Positions 38,769-48,642 are shown, counted from the first letter of the stretch. The stretch is 64,000 nucleotides of DNA from an uncultured Bacilli bacterium (GCA_947588815.1 CANQAG010000001.1:1038-65037); one strand, 5' to 3'. The notes: generated by a model from the letters alone, not told the origin. Made by a program: numbers and translations.

Positions 38769-38963
38769 AATTCTTTTAACGTAGCAAAATTATACATACA
38801 AATCGTTCCGTATAACTTTGTAAACGTTCTAAATGAAATTCAACTCGTTCTGTATCAATTTTACCTTTTAAATGGAATAAGTGATTGTCGCTCATCACTA
38901 ACTCCGTTTTCTAATTTAAGGAGTTTTCAAGCATTACTACTTTCCGCTTACCTCCTTTTCTAA

Positions 38964-39209
38964 AATCACGAATTTATTCGTTACATTTTACCTAAAGGAA
39001 AATTTTTTGATTCTTTAACTCAAAAAGACGTAGATTTGATCTTCTCACATATCAATTCTACGCCTCGTAAGAGCTTAGGGTTTTCTACTCCCTATGCCGT
39101 CTTTGCCAATACGTTTGGTAAAGACTTATTAAACAAATTGAACATTCATCTCATTCCAAAAGATGAAGTTCTGTTGAAACCAACACTCATTGCCAACCAT
39201 AAACCATGA
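38964..39209 (+). pseudogene. IS30-family transposase remnant (C-terminal ~80 codons only)
   Basis: Open frame ...RYILPKGKFFDSLTQKDVDLISHINSTPRKSLGFSTPYAVFANTFGKDLLNKLNIHLIPKDE...KP*. It matches the conserved C-terminal end of IS30 transposases (QYFPKG...LNxRPRKxLGyxTPxExF). No N-terminal HTH or DDE portion is present. Confidence 0.7.
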
Positions 39210-39429
39210 GTGTTTATCCTCTTGAACATCTAATAGCTTAAACTCTCCTAAAGTGTTGCAATTGAACTTTTCGACACTTTCTTTTCATTATGCTTTTTTG
39301 GTGTTCTTTAAGGACATTTTTATCTTATCAAATTTATTATTTTCTTTCAATTTATTCCTTTTTCCACTTTCTTCTTCGTTTCATTTTGCAACACTTTCAT
39401 TTCGCAACGTTGTGTTGCTTTTTTCATTT

Positions 39430-39650
39430 AGATTAAAAGTAGAATTGCACTAATATAATTGCAAGTAAACCGTAATTTATAAAAATCTGCAATCCAATTT
39501 TTAAGCAATAAAAAGAGGATAAAAATAAGACGAACGATTGTTTCATTAATCTCCCAAAAAAATTTTCATTCTCCCAAAGTATGAACTTTTTTGGGAGTTT
39601 ATTTTACTTTCACATAGTAAGTTGAACGTCCGCCACCACATTACTCAATA
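39430..39650. repeat. Degenerate duplicate (about 85% identity, with a 65-bp internal deletion) of the fic 3' end and downstream region (37290..37570), i.e. a fic gene remnant
   Basis: Seen directly: the shared segments taaaccgtaatttataaaaat...ctgcaatccaatttttaa(a/g)caataaaaagaggataaaaataaga...ctcccaaaaaa...ttcacatagtaagttgaacgtccgccaccac. The last 14 fic codons (STYYVKLK*) are retained as STYYVKVK*. Confidence 0.75.
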
Positions 39651-39947
39651 TGGATGCATGCAAACGAACGCAAATGCAAGCTGGTTATAATAAATTATTT
39701 TTATTTTTAGATAACTTGTTTTACTTTATTTGTTTATGCTATATTTTTTAAGTTTTATTATTTAATGAATGTGTTTAGATAAAAATTATTTTTTACCAAC
39801 CTTTTGCTATTAATTTATAAAAGGAAATTTATTAGAATTCATAAGTAAAATAAAGAATAATCCAAAACTAATAAGTTTCTTTTAAATTCTAATAATATAT
39901 AATTCTATCCTCAGTTTAATAGACTCTATATTTTTTTATGTATACTT

Positions 39948-41228
39948 TTAATTTTTCAAGCAACCAATTGGAATTACCATAACACCATCTTCTCTTTTAT
40001 ATCCATATTTAGTCGCAGTAATTACAATCTTTAAATCTGGTAATCTTAATTTACCCTGTTTACTAGATTCATTATGTCCTATGATTAATCTTTCAATTTT
40101 ACATAAATGTTTAGCCCCTTCATCGATGCCATCTTCACCTAGTTTAAACTCTATTAATGCATATCTTCCATCATTCAAATGCAAAACACAATCTGCTTCC
40201 AAGCCATATCGATCTCTATAGTAAGAAACTCTTCCATCCAGTGATTGTGAATATACTTTCAAATCTCTAATACATAAGGATTCAAATAAAAAACCTAATG
40301 TATTAAAATCTCTATTAAAAAATTCTGGTGATAAACCCATTGCAGCAACTGCGATAGATGGATCTATTAAGTTCCTTTTTTTAGATGAACGAATCGCGGT
40401 TTTTGATCTTATCGAAGGGCACCACGCATCTATATCATCGATAATATATAATTTATTTAAATCTTCCATATAGTCATAATATGTATTTTTTGATAGTTCG
40501 AAATTTGCTGCGACATCAGCATAAATAGTATTTGTTTCCGCGAGAGTACAAATATTTCTACTATATGACTGTAAGATGGTTTGTGCTATTTTGGGGTTTC
40601 TTTTTGTATTAGAAATTTTATTTATATCCACCGAATATGTTTGCACAAACAAATCTTTTGCAATCTCCAATTTTGCCCTACTACTAGCCAAACCTAGTGA
40701 ACGAGGCCAACCACCTCGACAGATAGCAAAAATTAAATCATCAAAACTCAAGTTAGAAACACAGCTTTTAAAAGCATCATGGCAATCAAATAAATCCATT
40801 AATGATATTTCTCCATTAGATTCATTTGATTCATATAGACTCATAGGTAACATTTTAAGTCTAGAAATTCTCATGGTTCCCGTATGTGGGGTATCTACTT
40901 CTTGCGATGAAGAACCAGTTAAAATATACATACCTACTTCACCTGTATCATCAATAGATTTTCTTATAGCACCCCATATTTTTGGTGAATCTTGCCATTC
41001 ATCAAAAAGAATTGGTTTTTTACCTTGCAAAAGTTTTGATGGCTGTATTTCTGCAATTTTTAATAATTGTTCTCGATAATCTTCATCTTCAAATTCAATG
41101 ATTGTATTAGCAATTTGTTTGGCACTTGTTGTTTTACCACATCCTTTTGGACCAACAATTAAAGCTGCCCCAAACGCTTCTAACTTGTATTTTAAAAGTT
41201 TATCAATAATACGTTTTTTATATTCCAT
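39948..41228 (-). CDS. AAA+ ATPase of the AAA_14/DUF4143 (COG1373-like) family
   Basis: 426 aa. Walker A GPKGCGKTT, a Walker B-like ILFDEWQD, and C-terminal DUF4143-type region. Confidence 0.7.
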   Translation of the reverse strand: MEYKKRIIDKLLKYKLEAFGAALIVGPKGCGKTTSAKQIANTIIEFEDEDYREQLLKIAEIQPSKLLQGKKPILFDEWQDSPKIWGAIRKSIDDTGEVGMYILTGSSSQEVDTPHTGTMRISRLKMLPMSLYESNESNGEISLMDLFDCHDAFKSCVSNLSFDDLIFAICRGGWPRSLGLASSRAKLEIAKDLFVQTYSVDINKISNTKRNPKIAQTILQSYSRNICTLAETNTIYADVAANFELSKNTYYDYMEDLNKLYIIDDIDAWCPSIRSKTAIRSSKKRNLIDPSIAVAAMGLSPEFFNRDFNTLGFLFESLCIRDLKVYSQSLDGRVSYYRDRYGLEADCVLHLNDGRYALIEFKLGEDGIDEGAKHLCKIERLIIGHNESSKQGKLRLPDLKIVITATKYGYKREDGVMVIPIGCLKN

Positions 41229-41854
41229 TATATCGCCTCATACAAAATCATAGCTTATTATCTATTGATTGTAAAGTTTTTTTGAACATATTTGTGGTGT
41301 TCCATTGCACACATTTGTGCCGTTTTGCTTCACACATTTGTGAAATTCAAAATATAGAAAACTCTCATTAAACTTTATTTAAAAAATGCTTAATAGCTCA
41401 AAAGCAATAGATTTTAATCAATTAAATTTGACCCCATCATTAATCAAAATTAAATAATTCTTTTGAATTTTTATAGGCAACAGATACCTCTTAAAACAAT
41501 TCGATATTTTTGCGGTTAACATTGGAATTACTTGAATTATTGCTGTTAACTTGTTTTTGTGTGCCTATTTTTGGTGTCTTATAAGTCTTATTATAATCTC
41601 TTTATGTTTTTTTTCAATTTTTATGATTGATTGTTCTTTTGGTTTCTTTAATTTTGACCTTATTTTTGAAGTTAATTTGTTTGTTTAAGTCCTCATTATT
41701 TTTGAAGTTTAAAATTTAATTAAGCTTAATTTTCAGTTTTTTTATTACATTTTTTATTCTTTCAATTTTCTCTCTTTATTTGTTACACTTACTTTTATAA
41801 TTAACCCATTTTCATGTTTTTATAATTAATTTGCTGCTTTTTTCTAGTTATGTT

Positions 41855-42565
41855 TTAACGAAGATCAATTAATTTATAATCTTTTTCAATTTTATCAAAT
41901 CTTGGCATATACATTTGTAACTTAATTTTATTTTTCTTGCAATAGTTCTTAATCAAGTTCAACGAAGTTTGGTTTATTTTAAATCCAACAATAATACGTA
42001 TCGGTTTAATATCTTTCAATGGAAATCCTTTTTCGTTACTACCTAAATTTACTGGTGTATTGATGGAGAATCTATATTCTTTTTCATCTTTCCAACTTTG
42101 ATTTTTTGTAAAAAACGCCTCCCATTCTACAACCTCATCTATTTTTCCGTTGATAAACTTTTTATAAACTTTCGTAAAATCAAAACTTTTATCATCATAT
42201 TTTACTTTATTATCATTTCCTTTTAATCCATATTTGTCTAATGTAGATTTAATGTCTAAATAACTATAACATAACACAAATCCTCTAAATCCATCAGAAT
42301 AATAATCCCACATTCTTTCATTATCAAAATTTGTAGTAAACGAAATACAATAAATACCCGATGCTAAAAAATTATAAAATTTTATCATATCCTCGTCTCT
42401 ATATTTAATAGTCTTCTTATTAACATATATTTTTAAATCCGTCGGATCATTCATATTTAAAAGATTAGAAACCCAAAGTTCGTCATTCAATAAATAATTC
42501 AAATTTCTTTTATCACCAGTCTTAAATTTATATAATTCTGTATCTTTCTTCATAAATTCCTCCAC
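41855..42565 (-). CDS. DUF2971-family hypothetical protein
   Basis: 236 aa. N-terminal LYKFKTG...LLNDELWVSNLLNMNDPTD and central CISFTT...RMWDYYSDGFRGFVLCY match the DUF2971 signature (LYKY..., fNDPfE, cfS..., WshYa..hkG.c). Low-GC, accessory-type codon usage. Confidence 0.5.
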   Translation of the reverse strand: MEEFMKKDTELYKFKTGDKRNLNYLLNDELWVSNLLNMNDPTDLKIYVNKKTIKYRDEDMIKFYNFLASGIYCISFTTNFDNERMWDYYSDGFRGFVLCYSYLDIKSTLDKYGLKGNDNKVKYDDKSFDFTKVYKKFINGKIDEVVEWEAFFTKNQSWKDEKEYRFSINTPVNLGSNEKGFPLKDIKPIRIIVGFKINQTSLNLIKNYCKKNKIKLQMYMPRFDKIEKDYKLIDLR

Positions 42566-42756
42566 AACTCTGATTAGTTTTTATTTACTTTAAAATTAAA
42601 TTATTATCACAAAACATTCTTTTGTTTAATTATAACATATTTCAATCTAAAAAATGAGGTTAATAACATAATAAAAGAGTACCATTTTGATACAATGCAC
42701 ATAGTTGCAAGTAAATCATAAAACCACAATTTATTTTGTGCTTATCTTCTTGATTA

Positions 42757-43665
42757 TTAATTTTTCTTGCCTTTTAAATTAGATAATAAAATATATATTC
42801 CCAGTAAAATTATGCTCGTTCCTATTACAACCGCAAAAAGAGTCCAAGTAGGTATTGTGTTATTAAACAACACTAACTTTCCGTCAAACGAGAGTCTAAT
42901 TTGTTCTGTTATTTCCGAAGGCACATGTTCTACGGTTTGTAGTTGATTTATGACTCCATTCATATAATATTGTCTAAACAATACAGTTCCATAAGTGCTA
43001 GGCAAAAAACTTAAAAAATTTCTTATTCCACTTCCAAATTGGGATATTGGCATATAAGCACCACTTATAAAACCATACATTGAGGATACAAGTGTAGATA
43101 CAGCTGAATGTGCTCCTTGTGAAGATATAAACGTTCCAATAATTGATGCTAATAAACTACCAAACAAACACATACAAAATGTTGATACAAAAAGCATTAT
43201 CACATCTAAAAAGGTTAAATAAAAACCAACAAAGCCAAGATAGATAAAACTAATAATAAGCACAATCACACCAATCAAAAACGTTGTTAAAAAATTAGAT
43301 ATAAAATAGGATATTAACAACGTTGATCTTTTAACAGGTGTCATATTTAAATCATCAATTGCCTTATTCAATTTATCAAGGATCATTATATTTGAACAAA
43401 ACGATACCGTTACACAAGAAACAGAAATTATTTATGAAAATAACCATCCGCCACAAAAAGCTTCAATTGTATTTTTATCAACTTCTATTCCTTCTGGTAT
43501 AAGATCAGTTATCGTATCAGCATAGACATTTTTTAAAAACGTTAAGAATAAAACAACTAAAATCAGCGGAGTTAATAAAGAAACAAAAAAGGTCATTTTA
43601 TCTTTGAAATATAATTTAATATTTCTGTTTATTAAGGCTAAAAGTTTTTTCATTTCACTTTTCAT
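42757..43665 (-). pseudogene. ABC-2 family transporter permease interrupted by a single in-frame TAA stop (77-aa and 209-aa ORFs in the same frame, 15 codons apart)
   Basis: ORFs 43432..43665 and 42757..43386 are in one frame (43665-43386=279). The TAA at 43432-43434 is followed by an open 15-codon stretch (IISVSCVTVSFCSNI) before the next Met. The continuous reading frame gives a protein of about 302 aa with 6 TM helices. Confidence 0.7.
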
Positions 43666-44588
43666 ATCGCAAGCTCCTTTAAGTCTCTACCAGTTATGTT
43701 TAAAAAAACATTGTCCATTTTTCCTTTAACTACTTCAAAATCAAAGATATATTTACCATAATTAATGATTATATTTTTAGCTTCTTCGATATTTGTTAGT
43801 TCTAATTCTAAAGCTTTATCCGTCTTTATAAATTTTACTTGATTTTGATTTAGTATGGCTGGAAATTGTTCAGCATACTTATATATTTTCAAAATATCAT
43901 TAGCATATTTATTTTTTAAATTATTCGGTGTATCGTTTGCTACAATTTTCCCATTATCGATAATCACAATCGTATCTGCCTCATCGGCTTCTTCCATATA
44001 ATGAGTCGTTAAAATGATGGTAAGTTCTTTTGTTAATCTTAAGTTAGATAAAAGTTTCCAAACTAAAATTCTTGTTTTAGGATCAAGTCCGGTAGTCGGT
44101 TCATCTAATATCAGAATTTCAGGATTATGAATGAGAGCACGAGCAATATCCACTCTTCTTTTTTGTCCCCCACTTAATTTATAAAGAGCGCGATTTAATA
44201 TATCTTTAAACTCTAAAGTTTCGGCAAGATAATCCAAATTTTCTTTAAATTTTTCTTTTCTCATGCCATATAAATCTGCTTTAAATTTTAAATTTTCAAA
44301 GACAGTAAGTTTTGAATCGAGAATAGAATTTTGAAAAACAGTACCAAGTTTTGGTTTGATTTTACTAATATCATTATCCAAGTTTAAGCCACCAATAACA
44401 ACATCCCCATCATCTTTTTTAAGTTGTCCACATAAAATATTTATCGTCGTCGATTTACCCGCGCCATTTAAACCTAAAAAAGCAAAAAATTCCCCTTTTT
44501 TTATTGAAAAAGAAATATCATCAACTGCTTTGACGTCTTTAAAATATTTTTTTAAATGATTAATTTCAATAATATTATTTGTTGTCAT
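43662..44588 (-). CDS. ABC transporter ATP-binding protein
   Basis: 308 aa. Walker A GLNGAGKST, signature LSGGQKRR, Walker B ILILDEPT, H-loop. Translationally coupled to the permease. Confidence 0.9.
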   Translation of the reverse strand: MTTNNIIEINHLKKYFKDVKAVDDISFSIKKGEFFAFLGLNGAGKSTTINILCGQLKKDDGDVVIGGLNLDNDISKIKPKLGTVFQNSILDSKLTVFENLKFKADLYGMRKEKFKENLDYLAETLEFKDILNRALYKLSGGQKRRVDIARALIHNPEILILDEPTTGLDPKTRILVWKLLSNLRLTKELTIILTTHYMEEADEADTIVIIDNGKIVANDTPNNLKNKYANDILKIYKYAEQFPAILNQNQVKFIKTDKALELELTNIEEAKNIIINYGKYIFDFEVVKGKMDNVFLNITGRDLKELAI

Positions 44589-44799
44589 TTTTGTCTTCCT
44601 TTAATTTAAAAATTTCTTCTGCAAATTTTAAATAATCATCGTATTTTGCAATTGCAATGCCTTTACTTTTATCACCAAGTAAAATTAATGTATCTCCATC
44701 TTTAAAGCCAAATACATCTCGCGCTTGTTTTGGAATAACAATTTGTCCTTTACTTGTTATCTTAGTGGTCCATATAAATTTATCCTGTTCGTTGTTCAT
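44575..44799 (-). CDS. AbrB/MazE/SpoVT-type swapped-hairpin DNA-binding protein (small transcriptional regulator)
   Basis: 74 aa. The TSKGQIVIPKQARDVFGFKDGDTLIL motif is typical of the SpoVT-AbrB domain. Overlaps the start of the ABC ATPase gene. Confidence 0.7.
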   Translation of the reverse strand: MNNEQDKFIWTTKITSKGQIVIPKQARDVFGFKDGDTLILLGDKSKGIAIAKYDDYLKFAEEIFKLKEDKNDNK

Positions 44800-44951
44800 A
44801 TATGTTCTCCTTATTATTCTTACTTTTCTTACATTATATCAAAAATAAGAATTAAGTCAATTAAAATGTGCCTTTTTATTTATCTATCATTGCCACGCTA
44901 TTTAAAATGTCAAAAAAGGTCCTAGAAAATATAACTTAGATCAAGATAAAA

Positions 44952-44985
44952 AAAAGATTGACACATTGTATCAATCTAATTTCTT
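44952..44985 (-). terminator. Conserved tRNA-flanking terminator module downstream of tRNA-Val (UGAUACAAUGUGUCA + AUCUUUUUUUU on the minus strand)
   Basis: Same module as 6215-6250. A hairpin plus T-run immediately 3' of the tRNA. Confidence 0.6.
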
Positions 44986-44990
44986 CAATA

Positions 44991-45066
44991 TGGTGGGCGC
45001 TGAGGGGATCGAACCCACGACCTCTTCCGTGTGAAGGAAACGCTCTCCCGACTGAGCTAAGTGCCC
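44991..45066 (-). tRNA. tRNA-Val (anticodon CAC)
   Basis: Reverse complement GGGCACTTAGCTCAGTCGGGAGAGCGTTTCCTTCACACGGAAGAGGTCGTGGGTTCGATCCCCTCAGCGCCCACCA. Anticodon loop TTCACAC. One 50:64 mismatch in the T-stem. Confidence 0.75.
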
Positions 45067-45129
45067 ATAAAATGCTACTTAATAGTAGCATTATTAGATG
45101 TTTTTTTCAACTAATATATAATTTAAATT

Positions 45130-46296
45130 TTAGAGCGATTGACGCAATATTTTTTCAACGTCATCATTTGTTAAATTATAATATCCGCCTTCGCTAGCGC
45201 GATACGTTTTTGCAATCATTGGAATCATCTCTTCTTTGACTCCGATTTCTTTAATGCTCATGGCTAAGCCTATCTCACGCATCCAATTTTCAAGTTCCTT
45301 CAATCCTTCTAAGGCTATTTGTTCATCGGTTTTATTATCTACATTCACATTCCACACTTCAATTGCAAATCTTTTAAATTTAGGAAGACCATATTTTAAA
45401 ATATAGCGATAATAAGCAAGTGAAACCGCAGATAAAGTCATTCCATGCGTTGCATCAGTATACGCCGCGATATGTTGTCCGATAGCGTGAACTGTCCAAT
45501 CGGTTGTTTTACCTTTTGCGACCAAAGTGTTTAACGCCCAAGTCGAAATCCACATAATATTGCTTCTTGCATCATAATCATAAGGATTTTTTACTGCAAT
45601 TCTAGCACTATTAATCAGTGATTTCATTAACGCTTCTATCAAATAATCGGAAGTATTATCGTCATCATCGGAGAAATATTGTTCCATAAGATGTGATATG
45701 ATATCGAAAATGCCCGCAACCATCTGATATTTTGGTACCGTGTATGTATATTTCGGATTTAAAATAGAAAATTTTGGAAATAATTCGTGATTAAAAACAT
45801 GTCCAACTTTCATTTTTGCTTGATGATTGGTAATCACGGATCCGCCGTTCATCTCGCTTCCGGTACCAACCATAGTCAAAATGCATCCGATAGGAATAAG
45901 TTTGCACTTCGGTTCTTCAAACTTTATAAAATACTCTTCCCATGGATCCTCCGCGCAATAAGCCGAAGCCGAAACCGCCTTTGCATAATCGATAACCGAA
46001 CCACCGCCTACCGCTAAAATAAGATCAATATTATTTTCGCGCGCCAATTTAGCTCCTTCATATAATTTTTCAATCGTCGGATTAGGCATAACTCCCGGAT
46101 CTTCAATGATAACTTTCTCGTTTTCTTTTAAAATTTTAACAACTTCATCGTAAAGTCCGGTTTTTTTAATTGAACCACCACCATAAATCAACATAATTTT
46201 GGAGCCGTAATGTTTTAATTCATCTTTCAAATAATTTAAAGATTGATCACCAAAATATAACTTGGTAGGATTGCAATAAACAAAATTTCCTCGCAT
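45130..46296 (-). CDS. Iron-containing (group III) alcohol dehydrogenase, e.g. butanol or 1,3-propanediol dehydrogenase-like
   Basis: 388 aa. GGGSxxD NAD-binding motif (GGGSVIDYAKAV) and conserved His metal ligands. Confidence 0.85.
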   Translation of the reverse strand: MRGNFVYCNPTKLYFGDQSLNYLKDELKHYGSKIMLIYGGGSIKKTGLYDEVVKILKENEKVIIEDPGVMPNPTIEKLYEGAKLARENNIDLILAVGGGSVIDYAKAVSASAYCAEDPWEEYFIKFEEPKCKLIPIGCILTMVGTGSEMNGGSVITNHQAKMKVGHVFNHELFPKFSILNPKYTYTVPKYQMVAGIFDIISHLMEQYFSDDDDNTSDYLIEALMKSLINSARIAVKNPYDYDARSNIMWISTWALNTLVAKGKTTDWTVHAIGQHIAAYTDATHGMTLSAVSLAYYRYILKYGLPKFKRFAIEVWNVNVDNKTDEQIALEGLKELENWMREIGLAMSIKEIGVKEEMIPMIAKTYRASEGGYYNLTNDDVEKILRQSL

Positions 46297-46380
46297 GTTT
46301 TCTCTCCTTTTATTATTTTAATAATAACATAAAAGTTATATGCAACGATAAAAATGTTCAATAAATTTGGCATAAAAAAG

Positions 46381-46400
46381 AGCACCTTAGTGCTCGAATA
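46381..46400 (-). terminator. Terminator hairpin downstream of tRNA-Ile (GAGCAC-ttag-GTGCTC + T6 on the minus strand)
   Basis: Perfect 6-bp inverted repeat, with A6 on the plus side (T6 on the minus strand). Confidence 0.6.
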
Positions 46401-46408
46401 ATCATTAT

Positions 46409-46485
<77 letters not shown>

Positions 46486-46644
46486 AACGCTTAGTTATAA
46501 TACAATAATCGTTAATGAAAATCAATATCATTTTAAATTTTTAATAAAAAGTCTTTTACTATAAATTGCTAGAATATATTCTGTTTTTAAACTCGACGAT
46601 GTTTTGTAATTTATCGATGATTAAAAGCAATAATTGTTCCGCCA

Positions 46645-47319
46645 CTAAATGGCTTTTGAAAAATATTTATAAACAGCTCCATAAATAACTTGTGCCAATT
46701 CATTTTGATATGATTCTTGCAAAAGTTTTTGTCGCTCAGAATAATTGGATATAAAGCCGCATTCAATCAAAATGCCATTGCACTTAGCATTACGAAATAA
46801 ATAATAATCCTCACTATGCGGTTTTTTATTAACTTTGGCTAGTTCATTTAAGTCTTGTTGTACGATTTCAGCTAAAGTTTTTGATTCGGTATCACCATAA
46901 CGATAATAGACCATAGGTCCGTGAACTGTCTCGTCATTTAAAGCGTTCAAATGAATTGAAATAAAAAGATCCGCATTCGCATCGGCTATTGCTTGAACTC
47001 TTTTTTTTAAATCTTCCCTTTTACGATTTTTGGCATATTGCGATGCTAAATCATAATCACCACTTCTGGTGATGTAAGTTACAAAGTTATTTAAAGCACA
47101 TATTTCAAAAAGTTTTGAAGCAATTTTTAAATTAATCTCATCTTCAACCACATCATTTCTAGAAGCTCCATCATCTTTTCCACCATGTCCAGGATCAATA
47201 AACACAATTTTCTCTATAGTTGCTGCTACTTCTTGATTTCTAGCAAAATCATTGCCGATTAATATCAATGATGCGGTAATGGAGATCAATAAAACAATCC
47301 GAATCCATAATTTTTTCAT
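46645..47319 (-). CDS. N-acetylmuramoyl-L-alanine amidase (Amidase_3/CwlD-like) with an N-terminal TM/signal anchor
   Basis: 224 aa. The DPGHGG...D zinc-binding motif (IDPGHGGKDDGA), a conserved E, and H (LFISIHLNA). Implies a peptidoglycan wall. Confidence 0.85.
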   Translation of the reverse strand: MKKLWIRIVLLISITASLILIGNDFARNQEVAATIEKIVFIDPGHGGKDDGASRNDVVEDEINLKIASKLFEICALNNFVTYITRSGDYDLASQYAKNRKREDLKKRVQAIADANADLFISIHLNALNDETVHGPMVYYRYGDTESKTLAEIVQQDLNELAKVNKKPHSEDYYLFRNAKCNGILIECGFISNYSERQKLLQESYQNELAQVIYGAVYKYFSKAI

Positions 47320-47583
47320 TATTTCACCATTAAAAGATATGGTTAATAACTATAAAAGAATAACATAAAAACGAAACTGTTTTATGTAACTAGATCAATG
47401 TTTTAAAAATTGTGATCATTCGTTTTATAACACTGCGGATGGTAAACCAATAAAAACCCTATGCAACTCCAAGTTGACAAATTTCTAGCTACCAATTGGT
47501 GGAGAGCAACCACAAAATACGCTATGATTTTATTAGCAACAAATAGCTATATCCATTAACAAATTCTTGCGGAGGAAAGAAAA

Positions 47584-48552
47584 ATGATTTTAGCAGAAAA
47601 AATAACAAATTTAAGGAAAAAGAACGGCTGGTCACAAGAGGAGCTTGCAGAAAAAATGCAAGTGTCACGTCAAGCGGTTTCCAAATGGGAGAGCGCACAA
47701 ACCATACCGGATTTAGAAAAAATTCTAGCTTTAAGTCAGCTCTTTGGCGTCACGACGGATTATCTTCTTAAAGACGAGATTGAAGACGAAGAATTTACTG
47801 ACGAGGCAGACCATGTTTCTGTTAAACGTATTTCTCTTTCCCTTGCAAACGAATTCTTAAAATGTAGAAAACAGGCATCCATAAATATTGCCGTGGCTAC
47901 TTTTTTATGCATATTTTCCATAATTCCATTGCTCCTTTTAAGTGCCATGACGGAAGTTCCAGAATACTCTATTTCAGAAAATTTTGCTGCTGGAGTAGGA
48001 ATTGCTATACTACTAATTCTTGTTGCTGTCGCTGTGGCGATTTTCGTCTATTGTGGGTTTAAAAACACTCCTTTCGAGTTCATGGATACAGAACCATTTG
48101 AAACGGAATATGGTGTAGATGGTATTGTAAAAGAGCAACAAAAAGCCTATCGACCTATTTATGTAAAAATCAATATCATCGCCACCTGTCTTTGCATTCT
48201 TTCTCCAATTCCGCTTTTTGTAGGATTAGTCACGGAAGAAGAGTTTTACATGGTAGTTATGTTGACTGTCACAATATTTTTAGCGGGCATCGGTGCGACA
48301 CTTTTCACTCTTGCCGGCGTGCGCTATGCTAGTATGCAAAAACTATTAAAGGAAAAAAATTATGCTAAGCAGGATCAAAGAAAGATCCGTATTAAGAAAA
48401 CCATCTCTTCGGTCTACTGGTTAACCATCACCGCTATTTATCTTGCGTGGAGCTTTTTAACAAGTAATTGGGAAATAACTTGGGTCGTTTGGCCAATCGC
48501 CGGAATCTTATTTGCCGCCTCTATGTGTCTATGCAATATACTCATGGATTGA
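47584..48552 (+). CDS. Membrane-anchored XRE-family HTH transcriptional regulator with 5-6 C-terminal TM helices
   Basis: 322 aa. N-terminal HTH_XRE ([36 protein letters not shown]), a short acidic linker, then multiple hydrophobic helices. Confidence 0.7.
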   Translation: MILAEKITNLRKKNGWSQEELAEKMQVSRQAVSKWESAQTIPDLEKILALSQLFGVTTDYLLKDEIEDEEFTDEADHVSVKRISLSLANEFLKCRKQASINIAVATFLCIFSIIPLLLLSAMTEVPEYSISENFAAGVGIAILLILVAVAVAIFVYCGFKNTPFEFMDTEPFETEYGVDGIVKEQQKAYRPIYVKINIIATCLCILSPIPLFVGLVTEEEFYMVVMLTVTIFLAGIGATLFTLAGVRYASMQKLLKEKNYAKQDQRKIRIKKTISSVYWLTITAIYLAWSFLTSNWEITWVVWPIAGILFAASMCLCNILMD

Positions 48553-48595
48553 TAAAAAAAAACAAGAAAAACAAAAATTTGTGTATAAAAAAGTG

Positions 48596-48642
48596 TCGGT
48601 CTCGAACCCCCTAGAAGAGTGTATATCAAACCGACACAATAT
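48596..48642 (-). terminator. Long hairpin plus T-run downstream of rpsI (GTGTCGGT...ACCGACAC, 8-bp stem, large loop)
   Basis: Inverted repeat gtgtcggt/accgacac, with A6 on the plus side (T6 on the minus strand), in the convergent intergenic region. Confidence 0.4.

Noticed and set aside
41229-41854. 620-bp AT-rich gap between the AAA+ ATPase and DUF2971 genes checked for a decayed gene or CRISPR-like repeats
   Set aside because: No periodic repeat-spacer structure and no extended open frame on either strand. Only the short CACA/TGTG palindromes near 41290-41345 stand out, and these are reported separately.
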